Below, piece by piece: positions 57,222-64,000 of a stretch of DNA of 64,000 nucleotides. Each line of letters starts with the position of its first letter. Positions within the stretch are counted from its first letter, which is position 1. Both the position numbers and the translations under genes were made by a program. This stretch comes from an uncultured Gemmatimonadaceae bacterium (lineage in GTDB: Bacteria > Gemmatimonadota > Gemmatimonadetes > Gemmatimonadales > Gemmatimonadaceae): the NCBI GenBank assembly GCA_963822945.1, contig CAWGJO010000027.1, positions 128,001-192,000 on the forward strand, read 5' to 3'. The notes beneath the pieces are model-generated. The model had not been told where the DNA came from. It ran no database searches and saw only the letters and a list, made by a program, of their open reading frames with translations.

Positions 57222-59086
57222 GATGCGGATTCTCCGTGTGGTTTGGGCTGGGGTGATCGCCGGCCGGGGTTTCCCCACTGGCGGCGGGGCTGGCCGGCGT
57301 TCGATCCGCCCGACCCGCGTGAACTGCCTCGCGGAGGGTCGCCGCCTCCGCCCGGATTGCCGTTGGAAGTCGTGGCCGGCGCGGCGTCGGGAATTCCCCC
57401 GGCCCGTGCCGTCGCGTCGTCCGTACGCGACGCCGCCGATGCGTCGTGCACGCGAAGCGTCCCGACGTCGAGTCCGTGCTCCTGGAGCGTCGCGCGCAGC
57501 TGGCCCATGTCACTGGTCAGACGCTGCGAGAGAGTGCGATCCTGTGTGCCGACGGCCATCTGCACCGTGGCACCGCGCATGTTGACCCGAATGCGGTCGG
57601 TGGCGCCGTTCGCGCCATCGAGGCGCAATACGATCTGCGAGACCGGCTGCGCCATGACGGCATCGTGCGCGGCGTCGATGCGGGCAATCTGCGCCCCGAT
57701 CGACGTGCGCGGGGCCGGCGCCTCGATCGGCGCCGGCGCCAGGATGCCGTGGTTCATGTCGTGCGCGGGCGCGGCAGCGCGGTCGGGGCCGGCAACCACC
57801 ACCGGTGATTGACTGGCCGTGACCGTGGGCGACTGGTCGCGATGCGGCGCCCGGTCGCCCTGCGCGCTGCCGTCCGCGTTCGTCCCGCCCTGATCGTGTG
57901 CCGAGTTTGCAGGCGCGGCGCTCGATGCGGCCGCGTTCGATGGCGACGGCGCCTGCAGTCGGTGCCCCGTCACCGGCGCGGCCGGCGCGCCCTCCGCTCC
58001 GGCTACCGCCACCCGTGCCACTGCCGCCACGCGGGCAACCGACGCGACGGAGGCGACGGTGGCCACGCGCGCCACGCGTGCTGGCTGTGCAACGGCTGCG
58101 GGTGGCACAGCAGGTGCGGCGGGTGCCGCGCTCGACGGCGCTGCGGCGGGCGCGGGTGCCAGGTCGGAGGCTGGAGCGGCAGTCGCACGCCCCGCGATCG
58201 GGCGCGGGACGTCCGAACCCTCCGGTGTCGACTCCACATGCCCCGGATCCTGCGGGCCGAGCGTCCGCAGTCCCAACTGCGCCGCAACCTGCGCCAACCG
58301 TTGATTGGCGAGCGCCGGATCGGGTGCGTTCGTGATCGCCAGATCGGCGGCGAGCCCCTGCGAATGCAGCGAATGGTCGGTCCAGGTGACGACCGGGCCC
58401 GGCGTGGTGCGCCCCTGCGCGAACAGCTGGTCCTGCCGCGCCTGCGTACGGTATGTCTCGCGCACGTCCACGTCGTATCCGTAGTCGTGGCTCAGACGTG
58501 CGATGACCGCCGTGAGTCTGTCGCGAAACGCGGGCTGCAGCGCCGCCATGGATCGGATCACCGCACCGGCGGCGCCGGTGGGCGTGACGGGTGCCGCGGT
58601 CGTTGCGGGTGCTGCGGGTGCTGCGGGCGGCGCCAACGCCGGCGTCGGCAGCGGCGCGTCGGCGGACGGATCGAGGGCCGCGCCCTGCCCGCCGAGCAGC
58701 GTGCCGAGCAGTGTGGCTGGCTGCGGACTCGCCGCCGGCAACTGCACCGATTCGACGACGACATCGTCCAGCGAGAGATTCCGGAGCGGCGCGGCGTCGG
58801 CGAGGGACGCGAGCGACACGTAGCCAGCGGCGGGCGGCGCGTAGCCGGTTGGCGGCGTGCCGGTACGGCCGCCGGCCGGCGGAGCGAGGGTCGCCGGCGC
58901 GGGCGCCGGGAACGCCACCGGCAGAAAGCTCGCCAGCGCCACGGCGAAGATCGGCACGGGAGTTGTGTCCTTGCCGTCCGCTTCCGGCTTGCCGGGGTCG
59001 GACGGATGGCTGCCGGCGAGTGCCGCGGCGGGCTCGAAGCCGGACGCGAGCGCGGGGGCCGCGACCACGATGGCGGGAGGCATCAT
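57218..59086 (-). CDS. fliK: FliK-like hook-length control protein with embedded M15 metallopeptidase domain
   Basis: Canonical fliK position before flgD; Ala/Pro-rich; C-terminal T3S4-like IVLRLD...[12 protein letters not shown]...[10 protein letters not shown]; internal [24 protein letters not shown]. Confidence 0.75.
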   Translation of the reverse strand: MMPPAIVVAAPALASGFEPAAALAGSHPSDPGKPEADGKDTTPVPIFAVALASFLPVAFPAPAPATLAPPAGGRTGTPPTGYAPPAAGYVSLASLADAAPLRNLSLDDVVVESVQLPAASPQPATLLGTLLGGQGAALDPSADAPLPTPALAPPAAPAAPATTAAPVTPTGAAGAVIRSMAALQPAFRDRLTAVIARLSHDYGYDVDVRETYRTQARQDQLFAQGRTTPGPVVTWTDHSLHSQGLAADLAITNAPDPALANQRLAQVAAQLGLRTLGPQDPGHVESTPEGSDVPRPIAGRATAAPASDLAPAPAAAPSSAAPAAPAVPPAAVAQPARVARVATVASVASVARVAAVARVAVAGAEGAPAAPVTGHRLQAPSPSNAAASSAAPANSAHDQGGTNADGSAQGDRAPHRDQSPTVTASQSPVVVAGPDRAAAPAHDMNHGILAPAPIEAPAPRTSIGAQIARIDAAHDAVMAQPVSQIVLRLDGANGATDRIRVNMRGATVQMAVGTQDRTLSQRLTSDMGQLRATLQEHGLDVGTLRVHDASAASRTDDATARAGGIPDAAPATTSNGNPGGGGDPPRGSSRGSGGSNAGQPRRQWGNPGRRSPQPKPHGESAS

Positions 59087-59682
59087 GGCAGCGGGGGGCG
59101 GAGCGTGAGTTGGCTCATCGCCGCCACGCGATCGGGCGGAAAGTTCGAGAGGATGTCGGCGGCGTGGCGGTTGTCCATTGCCGAGATCACCATCTGCGCG
59201 TCGGCGTTGCTCATCTGGACCAGCACTTTGGCCGCGTCGCGCGCCGGCATGGCCGCAAAGAGCCGTGCCAGGCGGCCCACCCGCGCCGTGTCCACGCGCT
59301 TCACCGTGTCGCGCGGCATCGCCGCCGTGACGATGCCGGCCTTCATGACGTGCCGCAGGTCGACCGGCGGCGTCGAGTCATGGTGTACGGCGAGCGCGGC
59401 GGGATGCCGTTGCGCGGGCTGCGTATCGGCGACCGGTGCCGCGACGGGCTTCGTCGCAACGGGGCTGGTCGCGTCGTGGGTCGTGGAATCGACGGTGGCC
59501 GAATCGGCCGCCGTCGCCACATGCGACCCGGAGTCGTTCGCGGCTCCCTTCGCGGCCGCCGGTGCCGCTGTCGAGTCGGCCCGCGGATGAGGCGCGTGCC
59601 GGCCCAGGGCGACGGCAACACCCGTGCTCCCGCCGAGGCCCACCACGAGGCCGAGCACGGCCATCACGATCAGGCGCTTCAT
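59083..59682 (-). CDS. MotE/FlbB-like protein with MgtE N-terminal-like domain
   Basis: N-terminal TM; RLARLFAAMPARDAAKVLVQM...AADILSNF; sits between fliJ and fliK. Confidence 0.8.
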   Translation of the reverse strand: MKRLIVMAVLGLVVGLGGSTGVAVALGRHAPHPRADSTAAPAAAKGAANDSGSHVATAADSATVDSTTHDATSPVATKPVAAPVADTQPAQRHPAALAVHHDSTPPVDLRHVMKAGIVTAAMPRDTVKRVDTARVGRLARLFAAMPARDAAKVLVQMSNADAQMVISAMDNRHAADILSNFPPDRVAAMSQLTLRPPLP

Positions 59683-60146
59683 CAGCGGTTCCCTCCGGCT
59701 GCCGACCGCGGGTGGCCCTGGTTGAAGCGCGCCAGCGCCACGGCGTCCATCGCGACCCGGTCGGCCGCGGCGGCTTCGAGGCGCACCACTTCGAGGTGGC
59801 GTTCGTGCAATCGATCGAGCGCGCACCGGTCGCGCGATGCTTCGTCGTGCAGTTCGCGCGCGCGCGCGGCGATTTCGTGTGCCGCGGCCACCGCCTCCTT
59901 GGCCGCGTCGAGGCGCGCATCGATGGACGTGAGGACCGAGGAGAGCGCGTGCAGCTCGCCGATCGTGGCACCGGCTCGCGCGGCGGCGGCGATCTGCGTC
60001 TCGCCGGTAACGCGGGCGTCGCACACGGCCTCATGGGCGGCGCTCGCCCGGTCCACGTCGCGACGGGCCTTGACGAGTTCGGCGGCCACGCGTTCTTCGC
60101 GTTCGATGCGCAGATCGTGGACGCGCTTCAGGGAGAACTTCTTCAC
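59682..60146 (-). CDS. fliJ: Export protein FliJ
   Basis: FSLKRVHDLR, coiled-coil, MDAVA near C-terminus; directly after fliI. Confidence 0.85.
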   Translation of the reverse strand: MKKFSLKRVHDLRIEREERVAAELVKARRDVDRASAAHEAVCDARVTGETQIAAAARAGATIGELHALSSVLTSIDARLDAAKEAVAAAHEIAARARELHDEASRDRCALDRLHERHLEVVRLEAAAADRVAMDAVALARFNQGHPRSAAGGNR

Positions 60147-61483
60147 GGGACTACCGGAGTGGAGGTGAGGGCGCTGGCGCTGCCGGCGATGGCCGTCAGC
60201 GAGGCGCGCGTCTGGGCGAGCGACGAGCGCTCGTCGGGGCGTTGGCGGAGCAGCTTGGTGATCGGGTCGCGCAGTTCGAGCGCGATGTCGACCGCGGGCC
60301 GGCTGCCACGCTGGTAGGCGCCTACGAGGATCAGGTCTTCGGTTTCGCGGTACGCCGACTCGAGGGACAGCAGCGTGTCGGCCGCCGCCCGATGCTCGGT
60401 GTCGATGATCTGATCGCGCACGCGGCTCTTGCTCTCCAGTACGTCGATGGACGGGAAGTGCCCCGCCGACGCGAGCTTGCGCGTGAGCACGATGTGTCCG
60501 TCGAGAATCGAGCGCGTGGCGTCGGCGATCGGTTCGTTGAAGTCGTCGCCGTCCACGAGCACGGTGTAGATGCCGGTGATGGCACCGGAGCGCGAGGGCC
60601 CGGCCCGCTCCAGCAGGCGGGGCAGCGCGGCGAACACCGACGGCGGATACCCCTTGGTCGTGGGGGGCTCGCCGACGGCGAGCCCGATCTCGCGCCACGC
60701 CGTTGCCACGCGTGTCACCGAGTCGACCATCAGCAGAACGTGCTTGCCCTGGTCTCGGAAGAACTCGGCGATCGCCGTGGCCACCAGCGCGCCGCGGGCG
60801 CGCACGAGCGCGGCCTGGTCGCCCGTGGCGACGATCAGCACCGATCGCGCCAGCCCTTCGGGCCCGAGTGAGTGTTCGATGAAGTCACGCACTTCGCGGC
60901 CGCGTTCGCCGAGGAGCGCGATCACGTTCACGTCCGCCTTCGCGTGCCGGGCGATCATGCCGAGCAGCGTGCTCTTGCCCACGCCCGATCCGGCGAAGAT
61001 GCCCACGCGCTGGCCGCGGCCGATGGTGAGCATGCCGTCGATGGCGCGGACGCCCGTCTCGAGCGGTTCGTCTACCAGGCGCCGCTCCAGCGGATTGGGC
61101 GGTTCCGCGGAGAGCGGCACCCGCTCGTGCGCGTCGAGGCGTCCCTTGCCGTCGATCGGACGCCCCAGCCCGTCGAGCACGCGGCCGAGCATTTCCGGTC
61201 CCACCTCGGCGCCCGACAGGCGTCCCAGCGGCTCCACGGAACTGCCCGCGTGCAGGCCGTCGAGTTCCCCAAGCGGCATGAGGAGAATGCCGCGCTCGTG
61301 AAAGCCGACCACCTCGCCGAGCACCGAGTGGTCACCGCCGGTGCTCGTGATGCGGCACAATTCGCCAAGCCCGAGTTCGAGCCCCACGGCTTCGATTACC
61401 AGGCCCACGACGCGCACCACGCGGCCAAAAGCGGCGAAACGCGCACACTCGTCCACGGCACGGAGGGCAGCTCTACACGTCAT
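60143..61483 (-). CDS. fliI: Flagellar export ATPase FliI
   Basis: GIFAGSGVGKS, GERGREV, GEPPTTKGYPPS, LDGHIVL. Confidence 0.97.
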   Translation of the reverse strand: MTCRAALRAVDECARFAAFGRVVRVVGLVIEAVGLELGLGELCRITSTGGDHSVLGEVVGFHERGILLMPLGELDGLHAGSSVEPLGRLSGAEVGPEMLGRVLDGLGRPIDGKGRLDAHERVPLSAEPPNPLERRLVDEPLETGVRAIDGMLTIGRGQRVGIFAGSGVGKSTLLGMIARHAKADVNVIALLGERGREVRDFIEHSLGPEGLARSVLIVATGDQAALVRARGALVATAIAEFFRDQGKHVLLMVDSVTRVATAWREIGLAVGEPPTTKGYPPSVFAALPRLLERAGPSRSGAITGIYTVLVDGDDFNEPIADATRSILDGHIVLTRKLASAGHFPSIDVLESKSRVRDQIIDTEHRAAADTLLSLESAYRETEDLILVGAYQRGSRPAVDIALELRDPITKLLRQRPDERSSLAQTRASLTAIAGSASALTSTPVVP

Positions 61484-62114
61484 ACTGTGCCACCCGCCGG
61501 TAGAGGCGTTCGAGCGCCGTGTCCACGCGTCCGTCCACGATGCGTTCCGGCCCCTCGACCACGCATCCGCCCGGTACGATGGTCGGGTCGGCCACCCACT
61601 GGTCCGTACGGCTCGGGACGCCGCTGGCGGCGTCCACGATCGCCATCGCGGAGAGGTCCGATGGATTCACGCGCACGCGAACCGGCTGGTCGACGTCGAA
61701 GTCGTTCCGCGCGCGCTCCACCAGCTCATGGAGCAGCGTGGGGTCGGCGCTCAGTTCACGCTCCATCAGGTGGCGCGCGATCGCCGTGGCCAGTGCGCAG
61801 AGATTGTCCTCGAACGCTTCCGCCCACGCGCTCTGGTTGGCGGTCATCCGGCAGAGCGCCTCGTTGGCTGCCTCGACGGTGGTGTGCAGGCGGGCGCGCT
61901 CGGCGCGTTCGCCCGCCAGCCGGCCCTCCTCGTACCCGCGCTTGAACCCTTCGGCGGCCGCCCCGGCCACCGCGGCGTCGGACTTCGCACCCGGTACCGC
62001 CTGGCCGGCCACGATCTCGGGAATGTAGGACAGGTCGGCCAGCTGCCACGCGTCGGGCGCAGCCACGAACTGCGGCTCCGTGGGCCCTGGAAATTCAGAC
62101 GACCACATCGTCAT
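61473..62114 (-). CDS. fliH: Export protein FliH
   Basis: GxxxG repeats (EGFKRGYEEGRLAG), VRVNPSD, DPTIVPGGCVVE. Confidence 0.9.
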   Translation of the reverse strand: MTMWSSEFPGPTEPQFVAAPDAWQLADLSYIPEIVAGQAVPGAKSDAAVAGAAAEGFKRGYEEGRLAGERAERARLHTTVEAANEALCRMTANQSAWAEAFEDNLCALATAIARHLMERELSADPTLLHELVERARNDFDVDQPVRVRVNPSDLSAMAIVDAASGVPSRTDQWVADPTIVPGGCVVEGPERIVDGRVDTALERLYRRVAQYDV

Positions 62115-63126
62115 CCGCTCCGTTCACCACGATCTCGCCTGCTTCCTCGAGTTCGCGCACTTGGGCCACGATGCTCGCCTGTGCGGCTTCCACGTCGCGC
62201 ATGCGAACCGGTCCCAGCAAGTCCATTTCGTCGTTGAGGGCGGTCACGGCGCGCTGGCTCATGGCCCCGGTCACCTTCTCCTTCAGTTCCGCGCTCGCCG
62301 CCTTGAGGCTGAGCGCGAGCGCCTTGACGTCCACGTCGCGCAGTACGCGTTGCAGCGATCGCGAGTCGAGCGTGCTGATGTCCTCGAACACGAACATCAG
62401 GTTCTTGATCTCCACGCAAAGCTCCGGATCGCGTTCGCTCACGCTGTCGAGCAGCGCCTTCTCCAGCGAACCCGGCACCAGATTGAGCACCGAGGCAACG
62501 GCCGCCGGCCCGCCCGACGTGCTCATGCCCTGGTTCACCGACAGATCCGTCTCGTCGGCGATCGAGCGTTCGATGATCTGCAGCAGGTCCGGCGCCACGC
62601 GTTCCATGCGTGCCATGCGGAACACCACTTCCGCGCCCGTGGCCGGATCCAGTTCCTTGAGCACGGCCGCAGTCTGCGGCGAGTCCAGGTGCGCCAGGAT
62701 CAGGGTGGCGGTCTGTGGATGTTCGCCGCGCAGCATCGTACCGAGCTGCTGCGGATCGGCATTCCGCAACCGGTGCAGGCCCGCGGTATCGGCCAGCTGG
62801 CTCTGCACGCGTTCCAGCACCTGTTGAGCCTTCCGCGCGCCGAGCGCCTTCTCGAGAATCTCACGCGCCGCATCGATGCCGCCCGCGGCCAGCGATTCGG
62901 CCGCCATGAACTCGGCGAGCCATTCCTCGACGATGGCCTCCACGGCCTGTCCGTCCACGCGGTCCAGCCGGGCGATCTCGAAGCCCAGCGCTTCGACTTC
63001 CTCAGGTGCCAGCCGCTGCGTCACCTTGGCGGCGCCTTCGGTGCCCAGCACCAGACAGAGCACGGCCGCCTTCTGGCGGCCCGTCATCGAATCGGTGGGC
63101 GCGAGACGCGCAATGGCGGTCGCCAT
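62095..63126 (-). CDS. fliG: Motor switch protein FliG
   Basis: QKAAVL, EHPQT, MFVFEDI, GPVRMRDVEAAQ. Confidence 0.97.
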   Translation of the reverse strand: MATAIARLAPTDSMTGRQKAAVLCLVLGTEGAAKVTQRLAPEEVEALGFEIARLDRVDGQAVEAIVEEWLAEFMAAESLAAGGIDAAREILEKALGARKAQQVLERVQSQLADTAGLHRLRNADPQQLGTMLRGEHPQTATLILAHLDSPQTAAVLKELDPATGAEVVFRMARMERVAPDLLQIIERSIADETDLSVNQGMSTSGGPAAVASVLNLVPGSLEKALLDSVSERDPELCVEIKNLMFVFEDISTLDSRSLQRVLRDVDVKALALSLKAASAELKEKVTGAMSQRAVTALNDEMDLLGPVRMRDVEAAQASIVAQVRELEEAGEIVVNGADDDVVV

Positions 63127-63130
63127 GACG

Positions 63131-64000
63131 TCACGCCTCCTTCAGCCAGGCGCGCATGAGGCGCGCGGCGTCTTCGGGTCGCGTGTCCACGGCCGACGCG
63201 ACGCGATTGCGTACCGCCATCGTGGCGCTGACCGCCGCCTCCGTCATCGCGCCGGCGGCGGTCGACTCCAGTTCCAGCGCCGGCCCCGGAAGTGCGCGCG
63301 TCTCGTGCTTCCGTGACGCCGGCGTGCGCAAGGCCCGCACGGCGAGCAGGGCGATGATGAAGGCGAAGGTCAGGCCCAGCGCGCCGACGCCGAGCTGCTG
63401 ATAGGGGCGGATTTCATCGAGCACCGTCGGCTTGAGCACCGGGACCGGCGCCGGTACCGCGGCGTCGTCGAACGGCAGGCTGACCACCGATACCACGTCG
63501 CCACGCGCCGAGTCGATACCCACCGCCGTGCGGACCAACGAATCGATGCTGGCCAGCTCCGCTGGCGAACGCGGCGCGAACTTGGGTTTGTCCGGCGTAC
63601 CGACCTGCCGCTCGTTCACGAGCACGGCCACGGTCAGCCGGCGGATGGTGCCCGCCGCGGGCGTGAATGTCTCGGTCTGCTTCGAGTTCTCGTAACTGGT
63701 GGCCTGATTGGTGGAGCCGGCGCCGCCCTGCGCTCCCGGCACGATCTCCGCCTTCTGTTCGGTGGACACGGCCTGCTTGGAGGGATCGACCGTCTGCGTG
63801 GTCCGCTGGAGCTGGTCGAAGTTCATGTTCGCCGACACCTGTACCCGCGCGTTGCCGGGGCCCACCAACTGGGACAGGAGTGTGGTAGCCTTGCCGCGCA
63901 GGTACGTCTCGAGCTCCTCTTCCACGCGCAGCTGGTGGCTGGTGAGCGCCGTGGCGGAGGAACTCTCCGCGGCTTCCGACAGCAGATGCCCTGCGTCGTC
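63131..64000 (-). CDS. fliF: MS-ring protein FliF, 3' part (5' end outside window)
   Basis: VGPGNARVQV, IRRLTVAVLVN, GIDSARGDVVSV, TM helix, RLMRAWLKE. Confidence 0.93.
   Translation of the reverse strand, partial: DDAGHLLSEAAESSSATALTSHQLRVEEELETYLRGKATTLLSQLVGPGNARVQVSANMNFDQLQRTTQTVDPSKQAVSTEQKAEIVPGAQGGAGSTNQATSYENSKQTETFTPAAGTIRRLTVAVLVNERQVGTPDKPKFAPRSPAELASIDSLVRTAVGIDSARGDVVSVVSLPFDDAAVPAPVPVLKPTVLDEIRPYQQLGVGALGLTFAFIIALLAVRALRTPASRKHETRALPGPALELESTAAGAMTEAAVSATMAVRNRVASAVDTRPEDAARLMRAWLKEA

Overview
High-GC bacterial chromosomal window. Gene content and protein style suggest a Gemmatimonadota-like organism (inference). 1-12 kb: end of an ECF sigma factor plus a Ser/Thr kinase-TPR gene, a tricorn protease, and a TetR-led LolA-like/ABC/outer-membrane barrel operon with a palindromic operator. 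12-20.5 kb: a lipid cluster (GMC oxidase, phasin, patatin, acyltransferase, ABC1 kinase, class I HMG-CoA reductase). 20.5-31.4 kb: an unannotated, highly base-paired ~300-nt intergenic element followed by an orphan degenerate archease, then a BNR/VPS10 protein, a HipBA-like module, a metallopeptidase lipoprotein pair and prfC. 31.4-64 kb: a minus-strand flagellar cluster (fliF to motB) followed by two EAL-HDOD genes and three LPP20/FlgT-N-like genes. Main leads: (1) a FliK-position protein carrying an M15 zinc peptidoglycan-peptidase domain while FlgJ has no muramidase; (2) the structured RNA/archease locus; (3) four sigma28-like promoters with identical spacing, one driving the LPP20/FlgT-like operon and one pointing antisense; (4) the lipid-body-like cluster. 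Six genes carry single-base frameshifts, most likely assembly errors. All domain calls are by motif recognition; no searches were run. No rRNA, tRNA, CRISPR array or transposase was recognised.
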